Assembly: GCA_002269645.1 (NCBI GenBank)
Contig: NIVC01002699.1
Coordinates: 72,791-136,790, forward strand
Direction of reading: 5' to 3'
DNA from: Macrostomum lignano
Lineage: Eukaryota
DNA: 64,000 bases
Shown: piece by piece, positions 1-37,104 of the stretch
Layout of the letters: every line of letters starts with the position of its first letter
Numbering within the stretch: the first letter of the stretch is position 1
The notes under the pieces: generated by a model
What the model was told of the DNA's origin: nothing
The model's input: the letters and a program-made list of their open reading frames with translations, nothing else
The model's database searches: none
Made by a program: the position numbers and the translations under genes

Positions 1-1250
1 TTTCTAATAATCTGCTGTGGTTTCTAATAGATCTATTGTTGATTTCTAATAGATCTATTGTTGATTTCTAATAGATCTGTTGTTCATTTTAATAGATCTG
101 TTGTTGATTTCTAATAATCTGCTGTGGTTTCTAATAGATCTATTGTTGATTTCTAATAGATCTATTGTTGATTTCTAATACATCTGTTGTAGATTTCTAA
201 TAGATCTATTGTTGATTTTTAATAGATCTGTTGTTGATTTCTAATAGATCTATTGTTGATTTCTAATAGATCGGTTGTTGATTTCTAATAGATCTATTGT
301 TGATTTCTAATAGATCTATTGTTGATTTCTAATAGATCGGTTGTTGATTTCTAATAGATCGGTTGTTGATTTCTAATAGATCTATTGTTGATTTCTAATA
401 GATCGGTTGTTGATTTCTAATAGATCTATTGTTGATTTCTAATAGATCTCTTGTTTATTTCTAATAGATCTGTTGTTGATTTCTAATAGATCTATTGTTG
501 ATTTCTAATAGATCTATTGTTGATTTCTAATAGATCTGTTGTTGATTCTAATTGATCTGTGGTTTATTTCTAATAGATCTGTTGTTGATTTCTAATAGAT
601 CTGTTGTTGATTCTAATTGATCTGTGGTTGAAATTGATCTGCTGTTGATTTCTAATAGATCTGTTGTTGATTTCTAATAGATCTATTGTTGATTTCTAAT
701 AGATCTATTGTTGATTTCTAATAGATCGGTTGTTGATTTCTAATAGATCTATTGTTGATTTCTAATAGATCTATTGTTGATTTCTAATAGATCTATTGTT
801 GATTTCTAATAGATCGGTTGTTGATTTCTAATAGATCTATTGTTGATTTCTAATAGATCTATTGTTGATTTCTAATAGATCGGTTGTTGATTTCTAATAG
901 ATCTATTGTTGATTTCTAATAGATCTGTTGTTGATTTCTAATAGATCTATTGTTGATTTCTAATAGATCTATTGTTGATTTTTAATAGATCTATTGTTGA
1001 TTTCTAATAGATCTGTTGTTGATTCTAATTGATCTGTGGTTGAAATTGATCTGCTGTTGATTTCTAATAGATCTGTTGTTGATTTTAATATATCTGTTGT
1101 TCATTTTAATAGATCTGTTGTTCATTTCTAATAGATCTGTTGTTGTTTTCTAATTGATCTGTTGTGTTTTTCTAATTGATCTGTTGTGTTTTTCTAATTG
1201 ATCTGTTGTGTTTTTCTAATTGATCTGCTGTGGTTTTCTAATTGATCTGT
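1..1250. repeat. 22-bp minisatellite (CTAATAGATCTATTGTTGATTT)n in a Rab intron
   Basis: Directly visible tandem units. Confidence 0.95.
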
Positions 1251-1362
1251 TATGGTTTTGAAAGAATTTCATGAAGTAGTTTTTATGCATGAAATATTAA
1301 TTTTACATGTTTACTGCTACACTCTGCATACGAATCTTACGAGCCTTGCTTCTTCCTTGCAG

Positions 1363-5235
<3,873 letters not shown>

Positions 5236-7096
5236 GCTGTCCAGTTCATCAGTCGTATATAAAGCGTTTTGACGTCGAATTTTTTTTCTAGTTAAAAATA
5301 ATAAAACCGTTTAACTATCAAGCATTAGAGCTCTTCTTAGTTAGTGATAATAGCAAAATTCATAAATTTCTAGACTATATTTGTTACATAATAATCAGAC
5401 TTCATTCTCTAGTCTCTCAATGTATTTTTTCATTCCAGATTATTCGATGTTGTCAATATCTTCTTGTCCCTCGTGTGTACTATTAATGCAGTCTTCCTTA
5501 TTTGTCTTATCGTAGATTCCTTCTGTCCGTAGATTTTTTCATTCTTCAGGTAAATTATCTTAGAATACAAAGAATTACTCGAATTACAAGACTGTGTTCA
5601 ATTAAAATCTCAGTTTCTTAACCAATCAATAGGCTTTAGTGAATGTGGCTCTTCGGAAGTATAGAAGAGCATTCATTGGCTGAGCGCTTGTCAGCCAATG
5701 AGAGGTTAGGTCAGTTCAGAAGGGGTGCTGCATGGCGTGAGGTGGGTGTCTTATCGTTTGGGCAGGGGATAGGAATTTTAGCTGAATGTACAGTTGGACT
5801 GTACAAAGAGCTCCATACGCTTAATGATACGTTTATAGTCAATAAAAAACATCTAGAAAAGCGTGCAATGAAACAAAGAATTAGTTGTAAAAGTATATGG
5901 AAAAAGCAAATAAAATTCTCAAGAACTTTCCAGAAGCGTGGAAAATTTTAAAAAGATTTTTCAGTTAACAAATAATGCGCTAACAAAGTAAGTAGCAGAG
6001 CTTCCATTTGGGCAAGTGGTGAGTTTTCTACTCGTATGTAGGTGTGTCATATACGTAAATTGTAGGCCGAGCATATGTAAACATACGAGTACAGCATTGT
6101 GTAGAAGCAGGTAAACTTGTAGAACCGCGAAAACCAGTGAGTCATTGAGTGAGGCAACTCCGGCCCGCCGGTCACATGCGACCTGCTAAGCCTCTATCCG
6201 GGCCCCCGGGTCCTTTGACGCTTCCCAATAAACTTGCCCGCTCAAAGTTTGTTTCTTCTCTTCTCTCTTCTCTCTTCTCTCTCCTCTATTCTCTCTTCTC
6301 TCTTATCTCTCCTCTATTCTCTCTTCTCTCTTCTTTCCTCTCTCTCCCCTCTTCTCTCTTCTTTCTTCTCTCTTATCTACCCTCACCCCTCTGATATTCT
6401 CATTTTCTCTCATCTCTTCTCATCTTATCTAAACTCTCATCTCCCCTTCTATCTCCACACTCTCTATCAAAGACTTACTGCTGACTTTAATTTTTGCACA
6501 AAGCTAAAAAATGCTCTTCACGAGTATTTTGTTTGCTCTGCACGTTCTGTTGAACAGAACTCCAACAGCAGAACAGAATGCAAATATTATTTGAACTCAA
6601 GTTACTGCATGGGCCAGTCATTAGAAAATGCAGCAATGCCACTCTGTGACTCTGAGTATGTCTTTATTCGCTCGATCGTTTTCTTTTTTTACAAGTTAAA
6701 GAAAGGCACACGCTTCATTGCAGACGCACCTGAGCATTAACGGAGCTTTACATATCAGTGAAATAAAATGACATGGCATTGCCTGAAATAGTCTCCTATT
6801 CTATCTACACCGGTGAGAGAAAAAGTACAGACCACGAGTTGTGACAACTACTCTAAGTAGAGACGTAATAAAACGCAGTATTTTACAGACATCAATTAAA
6901 CAACGTAATCTTAGGCAGAAGTTTGCTAGCTATGCAAAATATACATGAAACTATTTAAAACAGAAAACATTGCTTCACGCTCCAATTAATACTCTGTTGA
7001 ATATTAAGTGGTCATCAAGCTTCATGTAACTACATGTATATAGGTCAAACTTTGTCCTGTGCATGTACGCGAGGTTAAAAGTGGACGCGACTAACT

Positions 7097-7525
7097 CAGG
7101 CGTGTAGCCAGGATGTTTTACGAGTATTAGGGGTCTTTGAGAGTCTTTGGAGACTTTGGGAGTCTTGAGAGTCTTTGAGATTCTTTGAGAGTCTCTGGGA
7201 TTCTTTGGGAGTCTTTGGGATTCTTTAGGAGTCTTTGAGAGTCTTTGGGAGTCTTTGGGGTTATTTGGGATTATTTGAGAGCATTTGAGATTCTTTGGAA
7301 GTCTTTGGAAGTCTTTGGGAGTCTTTGGGAGGCTTTGGGCATTCGAGGGGCGCCATCGTGAGGACGGTAGCACTAAGGGGCGCCAAGTCAGTTCGCAAGA
7401 GGGCGCCACAGCTACTCTGAAGGGGGCGCCACGGTAGGGGCACCAGCACCAAGGGCGCCTAATCAGCCAGCAGCTTGTGCCAACTTATTGGGGGGGGCCT
7501 TGCCCCCTCCCTGGCCACGCCTCTG
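7097..7525. mobile_element. Possible MITE carrying a 10-bp tandem repeat
   Basis: Imperfect TIRs CAGGCGTGTAGCCAGG (7097-7112) and CCTGGCCACGCCTCTG (7510-7525). No clear TSD. Confidence 0.35.
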
Positions 7526-7582
7526 GACTAGCCCAGGTCCAACCTTCCTCAGTACTAAGCCATAGTTATAACCAACTAAAGC

Positions 7583-10500
7583 TCAGTGAGATTCAACAGC
7601 TCTACTGCTAGTAGGCATTCCGCTTTCGCCATTCTGTTTGCCGTCGACTCCGCCGCCGCTGCCTCTGTTCCGTCGGGGTCGAACAGTCTTTCCTGCAGCA
7701 AACGGATTGACGTCCTTATCATGCTGCGTCTTCGATTGCTGCTTCTGCTGCTGTTGCTGAGGCTGCTGAGGTGGCGTTGTGACCACGTAGGCCTTGCTTG
7801 TCTCCTGACTGTTCCTGAGATCTTTCTCCTCGTCCTGCGTCAGTCTCCGAATCGTGTAGGTCTGGTGCGTGCCCGGCCGTTGGCTCTGCTCCGTCGGGCC
7901 CTGCACCCGGCCCAGAATCTCGTGCATCCGGTCCTGATTGGTCTTCATCAGGGTGTACCGGCGCTCCAGTTTGCGCTTCTCAGCTCGAAGCCTAGTCAAT
8001 AGTTGATTAGCCTTCTCCAAATTCACCCTACTCGTCTCCGAATAGATTACAAAGCTGGACTTAACCTCCAGTTCCAGGCTAAACTGAGACTGCTTGATGT
8101 CTAAGCTGTACTCCAGCAGTTTGAGCTCTCGATACAGATCAATCATCACGGGCTCCATCGCTTTGAGCTCCTCTTCTAGTTCTCGATATCGTTGCGTGTT
8201 TTTAATAGTGTTCTCCAAGCGCTCCATCAGATCTTTGCGCTGCTCGATCTTGGCTTTGTACCGCTCGCCGAGCTCGTTCTTGTGCTTCTCAAGGCTCTCC
8301 GAGTCTCCGTACATATCGGCTACTCGTTTCTCTCGCGCTTCCAGGAACTGCAGATCGGCCTGGTGAATATTGACCGAGTGCTCCTGGCGGCGGATGTCCC
8401 GCTCCTTCTGCTCGATGTGCCGCATCAGGGCGGTCATCTTCTCCCGATAGTTGGCTATTGGCGCTGGAGCGTCTCTGCCGCCGTAGATTCTGGTGGCCTG
8501 CTGCCACCACAGGCGTGCTAGCTGCAGACTTTTCTGACACTTCACGAACAGATCAGGGGTGGCGCGGAGCAGGATGTAAACAGGATCGGAGGGCGGCAGG
8601 CCGCGCAGCTCGACCTCACTGTCGGCGTCGAATAGTGCCGGATCGATCGGGCCCTCCGTGTTGACGATGCTGCCCCAGCGAGCATTGATGTCGTACAGCT
8701 GTTCGACGGCGTAGGCCAGCTGCTCTCGGTCTGTGAGCTGCTCAAGGTCGAGTCCGTAGCGGAAACTGCTGCCGCCAGCAGTTGCAGCTCCTTTTCTGTG
8801 ACTGTTCGAGCCGGCGGCTTGTCTGAAAAGTCAGTGTGAATAGCCCTAGCCGCATGGGATTGCATTGTCTAATATATATCTGATTCTGTATGTACTTTCG
8901 GTCAGCCTAGTGTCAAGGATTGATGTGTGTCTTAGACAGAGGATGTCGTAGTCTTAGGATGGAGGTGTGTGCTAGTCTACTGATGAGCAGAGGACGTCGT
9001 AGCCTAAGGATGGAGGTGTGTGCTAGTCTACTGATGATCAGAGGACGGCGTAGCCTAAGGATGGAGGTGTGTGCTAGTCTACTGATAATCAGAGGACGTC
9101 GTAGCCTAAGGATGGAGGTGTGTGCTAGTCTACTGATGAGCAGAGGACGGCGTAGCCTAAGGATGGAGGTGTGTGCTAGTCTACTGATGAGCAGAGGACG
9201 GCGTAGCCTAAGGATGGAGGTGTGTGCTAGTCTACTGATGATCAGAGGACGTCGTAGCCTAAGGATGGAGGGGTGTGATCTTAATCAGGTCGCTCATGCA
9301 GATTGAATCATGATTTTTAATTACTTATCGCGATTCGACTCTTGCTTCTGATCAGTCTCAGCCTCCTCGTCCTCCTCGTCATCGTCTCTCATTTGCTGTT
9401 GCGTCAGAAAGAACGCCGAGCTGCCATCGCCGCCATCGTCGTTGGCCTCGTCAATAAGCAGGTCGCTCGGATCGTAATAAAACCTGTACAGAGTGGAGTA
9501 GATTCTCTCGTCGAAGTAGCGCTTCAAATGCCTCATGTACTGCAGGTCGCGCAGGAAAGTCTCAGCCTGATTAGCCAAGGCGGTTTCGCTTTGGCTTTTC
9601 TGGCTGCGACGTTTCAAACGCATCAAAGAGTCGCGGAGTCGTTGGACAGAGTCCAAATTCGACGTCGAGTGCTGCTGCTGCAACGGTTGCGCCTGCTGTT
9701 GAGCGGCAGGTCGCGGCGTCTCGGGACTCGCCCTCAGTCGCGGGTCGATCTTCTTTGGCGACGATGGAAAGGGCGGATCGGCCAGACGAGACAGCATTCG
9801 TCGGGTTCGTTCGACTGAGAAGCGAGATACGGCGTGGTTGACCAGCTTTTCAAAGGCCTCGATCTGCTTGTCAGTGTTGTCGCGAGCGTTTTTGTCGTTG
9901 GTTGTCAGCTCGTGGCCCAGCAGCTGCAATGACGGTTGGTGGGTGATTTAGGCATTGGCATTGGCAGCTTGGAAAGCAATGAACAGTGCTCACTGTAGCA
10001 TCGATGAGTCTTCAACAATCAACAGTGCTCACTGTAGCATCGATGAGTCTTCAACAATCAACAGTGCTCACTGTAGCATCAATGAGTCTTCAACAATCAA
10101 CAGTGCTCACTGTAGCATCGATGAGTCTTCAACAATCAACAGTGCTCACTGTGGCCTCGATGAGTCTTCAACAATCAACAGTGCTCACTGTGGCCTCGAT
10201 GAGTCTTCAACAATCAACAGTGCTCACTGTAGCATCAATGAGTCTTCAACAATCAACAGTGCTCACTGTAGCATCGATGAGTCTTCAACAATCAACAGTG
10301 CTCACTGTAGCATCGATGAGTCTTCAACAATCAACAGTGCTCACTGTAGCATCAATGAGTCTTCAACAATCAACAGTGCTCACTGTAGCATCGATGAGTC
10401 TTCAACAATCAACAGTGCTCACTGTAGCATCAATGAGTCTTCAACAATCAACAGTGCTCACTGTAGCATCAATGAGTCTTCAACAACGAACAGTGCTCAC

Positions 10501-10752
10501 TGTAGCATCGATGGGTCTTCAACAATGAACAGTGTTCACTGTAACACAGACTGGTCAGTGTCGACTGATCACAGATTTGACTCAACTTACCAGCTGCACT
10601 CTGCCAGCGAATGTGTCAATTCCATCAAGTTCGCTATACAACTGTTCCAGCTCTGCATTGTCTTCTATCATGTCTACTTCCATTTTTTTCTCTCCAATTG
10701 CGCTATCTAAGCTATCTAATCTGGATCTTTTAGTAGCAAAATAAATGCAGAT
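7583..10752 (-). CDS. Uncharacterised coiled-coil protein (~650-680 aa), 5' end uncertain
   Basis: Exons 10591-(10683 ATG or 10752 acceptor), 9325-9923 and 7583-8822 join in frame (phase 0, then phase 2: ..RDK|QAAGS..). The stop is at 7583-7585. The exons are GC-rich with a long heptad-like E/K/R/L region. A possible further upstream exon lies at 13000-13041 (MVSRKEWDDMLSKK, flanked by ttgcag and gtaag). No family recognised. Confidence 0.8.
8925..9275. repeat. 42-bp minisatellite in an intron of the coiled-coil gene
   Basis: About 8 units; source of the spurious ORF 8920-9306. Confidence 0.95.
9975..10545. repeat. 39-bp minisatellite in an intron of the coiled-coil gene
   Basis: About 14 units; source of the spurious ORFs at 9955 and 9986. 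Confidence 0.95.
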
Positions 10753-11429
10753 CTGACATGGACAGATTTTTAATAAATTTATACACACTGGAATTCACAC
10801 TTTTCTTTCTCTGGGATGAGAAGGGGGTGGCTTGGGTAAAGGACTTATTATTAACGGAATTGTTGAGGCCTGAAGCTTAGAGGCGAGAGTGAGATGGCGT
10901 GCTGTCAGGGGGAGAGGCTGGGGGCAGAGGTTGAAGTCGTGTGCAGGGTGACATCAAGAGACAGAGACCAAATATTGGGGCAGCCACTTCAGATGGGCGC
11001 ACAGCCGAGTCTAAAATGAGCTCAGCTCGTTCTTAGCCAAAACCCACCGCAGCACACACTCTCAAGATCTCTGCTCTCCACCCTCCTCTCTCTCTCTCCT
11101 CTCTCCTCACCTCTTCACTCTGCCTTTTCATTTGCATTCTATTTACTGTGCCGTTCAACCCAGTCACTATTGGCAACCGAGTGCTATAAACTGTTTGCAC
11201 CCACCTCACCCTCCCCACACCTTCCCTACGGCCAACACTTACTGACAGATTGTGCTTCATATTTATACAAGTTTAGTACTTGTTCTCAGTTTAGCAAGTG
11301 GCTATGCACTATTGAGAAGCTGGATGCCGTAACAAGGGTGACACACTAATGCAGGGGCGTACACAGGAATTTTAAATGGAGGGGACCGCAACCCTGAGGG
11401 GCACCAATGTTTGGTGACTTGATGGGCGC

Positions 11430-12912
11430 CCCTATCTCTTGGTGGGCGTTACTGTCTCTTGGTGGACACTCCTGTCTCTCGGAGGACAGCCCTATCTCTT
11501 GGTGGGCGTTACTGTCTCTTGGTGGACACTCCTGTCTCTCGGAGGACAGCCCTATCTCTTGGCAGACACCCCTGTCTATTGGTTGACACACCTGTCATTT
11601 GGCGGACACCCCTGTCTCTTAGTGACATCCCTGTCTCTTGTTGTACGTCCCTGTCTCATACCCATATTGGTGGACACCCATATTTCTTGACGGACACCCC
11701 GTCTCTTGACGGACACCCCTCTCTCTTGGTGACATCCCTGTCTCTTGACGGACATCCCTGTCTCTTGACGGACACCCCTGTCTCTTGGCGGACTCTCCTG
11801 TCTCTTGGAGGACACCCCTGTCTCTTGACGGACACCCCTGCCACTTGTTGGACACCCCTGTCTCTTGGCGGACACCCCTGCCACTTGTTGGACACCCCTG
11901 TCTCTTGACGGACACCCCTGCCACTTGTTGGACACCCCTGTCTCTTGATGGACACCCCTGTCTCTTGGTGGACACCCCTGTCTCTTGGCGGACACCCCTG
12001 TCTCTTGGCGGACGCTCCTGTCTCTTGGCGGACACCCCTCCTGTCTCTTGACGGACACCCCTGTCTCTTGTTGGACACCCCTGTCTCTTGGCGGACGCTC
12101 CTGTCTCTTGGAGGACACCCCTGTCTCTTGACGGACACCCCTGCCACTTGTTGGACACCCCTGCCACTTGGCGGACACCCCTATCTCTTGGTGGACACCC
12201 CTGTCTCTTGGCGGACACCCCTGTCTCTTGGCGGACACCCCTGCCACTTGTTGACACCCCTGTCTCTTGACGGACACCCCTGTCTCTTGGTGGACACCCC
12301 TGTCTCTTGGCGGACACCCCTGTCTCTTGGCGGACGCTCCTGTCTCTTGGAGGACACCCCTGTCTCTTGACGGACACCCCTGCCACTTGTTGGACACCCC
12401 TGTCTCTTGACGGACACCTCTGTCTCTTGGTGGACACCTCTGTCTCTTGGTGGACACCCCTGTCTCTTGGCGGACACCCCTGTCTCTTGGCGGATATCCC
12501 CGTCTCTTGACGGACACCCCTGTCTCTTGATGGACACCCCTGTCTCTTGGTGGACACTCCTGTCTCTTGGTGGACACCCCTGTCTCTTGGCGGACACCCC
12601 TGTCTCTTGGCGGACGCTCCTGTCTCTTGGAGGACACCCCTGCCACTTGTTGGACACCCCTGTCTCTTGACGGACACCCCTGTCTCTTGGTGGACACCCC
12701 TGTCTCTTGCCGGACGCCCCTGTCTCTTGACGGACACCCCTGTCTCTTGGTGGACACCCCTGTCTCTTGTTGGACACCCCTGTCTCTTGGCGGACACCCC
12801 TGTCTCTTGGCGGACACCCCTGTCTCTTGGTGGACACCCCTGTCTCTTGGCGGACACCCCTGTCTCTTGGCGGATATCCCCGTCTCTTGGCGGACACCCC
12901 TGGTCTCTTGAT
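11430..12912. repeat. 20-bp minisatellite (GGACACCCCTGTCTCTTGGY)n
   Basis: About 70 units. Confidence 0.95.
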
Positions 12913-12999
12913 GGGCGCCCTTGCAGCTCTGACTGAGTGACACATTAGTAGGCATTATCTGAATGTCTAATTCATGCAACAGAACTATTTAAATCTTAC

Positions 13000-13041
13000 C
13001 TTCTTTGACAACATATCGTCCCATTCTTTCCGAGAAACCAT
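13000..13041 (-). CDS. Candidate 42-nt upstream exon of the coiled-coil gene
   Basis: Strong acceptor (ttctgcttttgcag) directly before ATG and a GTAAG donor after AAG. Its phase 0 matches a CAG|ATC acceptor at 10752; a phase-1 reading with a TTAG|AT acceptor is also possible. Confidence 0.45.
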
Positions 13042-13705
13042 CTGCAAAAGCAGAAGATCAAGAATAATGTGCGAAACTGCTATAAAGCAACACCGTAGGT
13101 CTTTCTGCTATACCAAAATATCCCTATTACAAGCTAATGCCACGCGACAATGCTATGCCCATGTCTCGTATATAACTAGAAATAAGACGAATTTTCTATC
13201 TGTTGCTAATGGCAACTAAAGCGGCTTTGCTACTCCTCTCTTCTCCTCTCTCTCTTTTTATTGCTCCCCCGCTGGGGGCCTCCGAAAATGCGAGACCGAA
13301 GCTCTCGGTTGAAGGGAAGGCAGAAAGAGAAGGAGTAGGAGGAGAGAGAACAGGTTCTGGGAGCTGAGCAGGCAGGAGTTCAGATACTGATGCAGCAAAT
13401 AGTTGCTTCCTGTACCGCCAGAGCTCTCTGTCTCTCCGCTTCTCTCCTGCCTGCCCTCTCCACATGTGCATGTGCTGTGTGGTTTCCCTTGGCACAAGCT
13501 TTCCTATGAGATGGAAACAGTGTGCATGAGTTTAGCTACAGGCATACAGGTTGGCCCCGTGTTTCTTGCTGTATTTTATTGGTGTGTAATTAGAGTTGTT
13601 TCACTGCGTAATTTGCAATCTGTACGGCTGCTTTGCATTTTGAGATACGAGCTATGAGAAGCAAGTTTGAGTTCGGGTAGAAATAGGGGCCTTAGCCAGA
13701 GTGAG

Positions 13706-13951
13706 TGGTGCTGGCGCCCCTGGTGCTGGCGCCCCTGGTGCTGGCGCCCCTGGTGCTGGCGCCCCTGGTGCTGGCGCCCCTGGTGCTGGCGCCCCTGGTG
13801 CTGGCGCCCCTGGTGCTGGCGCCCCTGGTGCTGGCGCCCCTGGTGCTGGCGCCTCTGGTGCTGGCGCCCCTGGTGCTGGCGCCCCTGGTGCTGGCGCCCC
13901 TGGTGCTGGCGCCCCTGGTGCTGGCGCCCCTGGTGCTGGCGCCCCTGGTGC
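13706..13951. repeat. 15-bp minisatellite (GGTGCTGGCGCCCCT)n
   Basis: About 16 near-perfect units. Confidence 0.95.
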
Positions 13952-14101
13952 CAAAGCATTCTATTCTATTTTTAAAAAGGTTCAGTTTTCTAAAGGTACG
14001 ATCCTATTATCTGTCAGTGAATGCGGTAGCCTCTCAGCGGACGGTGGTCAAAAGTGAACTGTGCTCAGTCCTCCTTATCGCGTTCATGTTCATGTTCATT
14101 A

Positions 14102-14283
14102 TGGTGCTAGCAAGTCAGTTTAGGGAGAGATAGGAGTGGGTGACTAGTTAGGAGTGAGTGACTAGTTCGGAGAGAGTGACTAGTTAGGAGTGAGTGACTA
14201 GTTGAGAGTGAGTGACTAGTTAGGAGTGAGTGACTAGTTAAGAGTGAGTGACTAGTTTGGAGAGAGTGACTAGTTAGGTGTGA
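14102..14283. repeat. Dispersed repeat, copy 1: unique head plus 18-bp GTGACTAGTT satellite
   Basis: The head TGGTGCTAGCAAGTCAGTTTAGGGAGAG is shared with 18764. Confidence 0.85.
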
Positions 14284-14750
14284 GAGGAGAGGAGAGGAGA
14301 GGAGAGGAGAGGAGAGGAGAGGAGAGGAGAGGAGAGGAGAGGAGAGGAGAGGAGAGGAGAGGAGAGGAGAGGAGAGGAGAGGAGAGGAGAGGAGAGGAGA
14401 GGAGAGGAGAGGAGAGGAGAGGAGAGGAGAGGAGAGGAGAGGAGAGGAGAGGAGAGGAGAGGAGAGGAGAGGAGAGGAGAGGAGAGGAGAGGAGAGGAGA
14501 GGAGAGGAGAGGAGAGGAGAGGAGAGGAGAGGAGAGGAGAGGAGAGGAGAGGAGAGGAGAGGAGAGGAGAGGAGAGGAGAGGAGAGGAGAGGAGAGGAGA
14601 GGAGAGGAGAGGAGAGGAGAGGAGAGGAGAGGAGAGGAGAGGAGAGGAGAGGAGAGGAGAGGAGAGGAGAGGAGAGGAGAGGAGAGGAGAGGAGAGGAGA
14701 GGAGAGGAGAGGAGAGGAGAGGAGAGAGGAGAGGAGAGGAGAGGAGAGAG
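14283..14750. repeat. (GGAGA)n pentanucleotide microsatellite
   Basis: Directly visible. Confidence 0.98.
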
Positions 14751-15184
14751 TCAGGAAAACCAACTTAAAGCTATTCCAGACGGAAATATAGAAAATAAAC
14801 ATTGAATACTACTTATTTCCGATGTATTTTAGTAGCAGGTTCAGCGAAACGCATCGTTGACAAGCAAGATTAGAATGCACGATAGTTCGTTATCAAATTA
14901 AAACACCTTTGCAATGAATAGTTATACTTTATCATGTGTCTCAACTCAAAGAATTAAAATATTACAAATTAATTGCATCATTTCAGACAAAATTTCAGTG
15001 GAGACAGCTCAGGTTATGATCCTGACTGTACATTAAGAAGCTACCATGCTTGCATAGAAATACTATTAAATCTTACTAAAATTTTTACTTACGTTATGAT
15101 TTACATTTAGATACCGTGTATTTTCGCCGGGGAATATTTTATTTTAATGGGGATTTCCCTTAGATACGGGTGTTCGTGCTCCCA

Positions 15185-15920
15185 CTTCAGAAACGGGATT
15201 CTCCTTACAAATCGGATTTCCTTTTAAGAGATAGGACTTTTCCTAACAAACGGAGTTTCCCTATAGAAACGGAACTTTCTATAGAAACTGGATTTCCTTA
15301 TAGAAACGAGGTTTCCTTATAGAAACGAGATTTCCCAATAGAAACGGGATTTCCTTATAGAAACGGGATTTCCCAATAGAAACGAGATTTCCCAATAGAA
15401 ACGGGATTTCCCAATAGAAACGGGATTTCCCAATAGAAACGGGATTTCCCAATAGAAACGGGTTTTTCCTATAGAAACGGGATTTCCCAATAGAAACGGG
15501 TTTTTCCTATAGAAACGGGATTTCCCAATAGAAACGGGGTTTTCCTATAGAAACGGGATTTCCTTTTAGAAACGGGATTTTCCTAAAGAAATGGGATTCC
15601 CAATAAAAACGGTTTTTCGCATAGACACTGGATTTCCCAATAGAATCAGGATTTCCCAATAGAAACGAGATTTCCGTATAAAACTGGATTTCACAATAGA
15701 AACGGGATCTCCATACACAAACTGGATTTCCTTTAGAAACAAGATATTCTTTTGAAAAGGGATTCCTCTTAAAACGGGAGTCCACTTACAAACGGGATTC
15801 ACCTTCAGAGACGGAACTTACCCTCGCATTCGGGATTTCCCTATAGAAACAGGATTTCTTTTTGAAACTGGATGTCAATTCAGAAACGGGACTTCCTCAT
15901 ACAGACAGGCTTTCCACTAT
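15185..15920. repeat. 19-bp minisatellite (GAAACGGGATTTCCCAATA)n with degenerate ends
   Basis: Directly visible. Confidence 0.9.
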
Positions 15921-16007
15921 AAAAACTGTCATTGCAGTGCAGTGTTTACAGTTTAATCAGTGTTAGAATTTGAAATGCAACCCTGCTTGAGCAGCTCAGG
16001 CAGTTGG

Positions 16008-35812
<19,805 letters not shown>

Positions 35813-37104
35813 GTTCCTCCGGATCGTACGCTGCCGCCAGCTGCTGCAGCTGCTGCCGTTGCTGCTCAAGATCGGAGAGTTGACCTGAGAACGGCGAGTG
35901 GAGTGGGCTCTTGCTGCGATGCGTCTCAAACTGATACAGCACAGTACAGTAGGCGCCAACCCTTTTTAGCGCTCTTGACGCAATATTTGGCGACTCCTGA
36001 CCCACATTTTGGCACAAAGGACTCTGGCATCACGGCCGTTGGTTTGATTCGGTTCGATTCGGTTTGGGCTTGTGCGTGCACGAAGATTGGGCCTCAATGG
36101 TTCATACTCCCGAGTATTATAATCTTTCGCGTCTTTTGCCACTGCGCAAGCTTTCATCTCAGTTTTAGCCTCACATGAGAATAGCTCAGAGCAAGCAGCT
36201 CACTCTGGAACACTTTCGCCTGTCGTGCTTGTCAAATTCCTCTGAAAACTCCACTAACTGATGAACTGCTCATTCAGACTCTCTCTCTCTCGCCTCTTCT
36301 CTCACTTCTTCTCCCATACAGAGAAGGTAAAGCATGTAGTTTAGCAGTTGTATTTCCCGTTCACCAGCGCGCCAACGCTGTGGCAAAGCTATGAAAAAAA
36401 ATTGCTCAATGAATTTTCGCTTACCCAACCCAGTCAGCCACCCCCCACTGGGGCAAAGTCTGATGGCTCTCTTTAACGGGGGCTTTTTTGTTGTAAGCGA
36501 AGAAGGCGAGTTGAGCAGCCAAAACAGTCGGGCACAATGCGACCCTCCCCCAACCCAATCCCCAACTCCCCCTTTTCTTCTCCTGCCAATGGGAAAGCGT
36601 GGATCGATTTCTTTAAAGATTTCCCCAAGGCGTTAATTAACGGTAGGGGAGAAGAATCCCAGTTGCGGCTGTATGCGAAAGCGCACTATATAATATCCCC
36701 ATGCAACCCCCCCCCCAGACATCGGCCGGCAACTGTCGGCTTGATTTTTATCCCATTTCCTTTTTCCTCTTCCATTTTTTCTACACAACCCCCCCCCCCC
36801 AGGAGAACTGGCATGTAGTCCTGAGAGAGTCTGGCACGGTAGCTTTTGGCGTCACAAGTACCCCTCATCCACACTTTCTCCGATACCCCACCCAAACAGA
36901 CCCCAACCCGCTCCTGTCCAGAATCCCCCTTCGTGCTTTGCCAATGACTTGCTTCCAGTCGTTGAGTTGAGTTGAGAAACGATTTTCTTTAAAAAGCGGG
37001 CTGCATGGGCAAACGGTATGGATTGGGATATTTTTAGTACAAAAAGTGGCATACACCTTGCCGGTTGACGAGGAAAGCTTTTACTCTGAAAGGAGCTTGT
37101 CTGG

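Noticed and set aside
6155-6235. hAT/Charlie-like terminal motif (GGCCCGCCGGTCACATGCGACC)
   Set aside because: No matching opposite terminus or TSD was found, which is too little to call an element.
8542-8865. ORF 8542-8865 (-) as a separate gene
   Set aside because: It is an alternative frame over the exon 7583-8822, whose true frame continues into ORF 7583-8545.
36850-37056. QVIGKARRGILDRSGLG as a non-LTR retrotransposon motif
   Set aside because: Weak similarity only; no RT or endonuclease motifs nearby, and no poly(A) or TSD.
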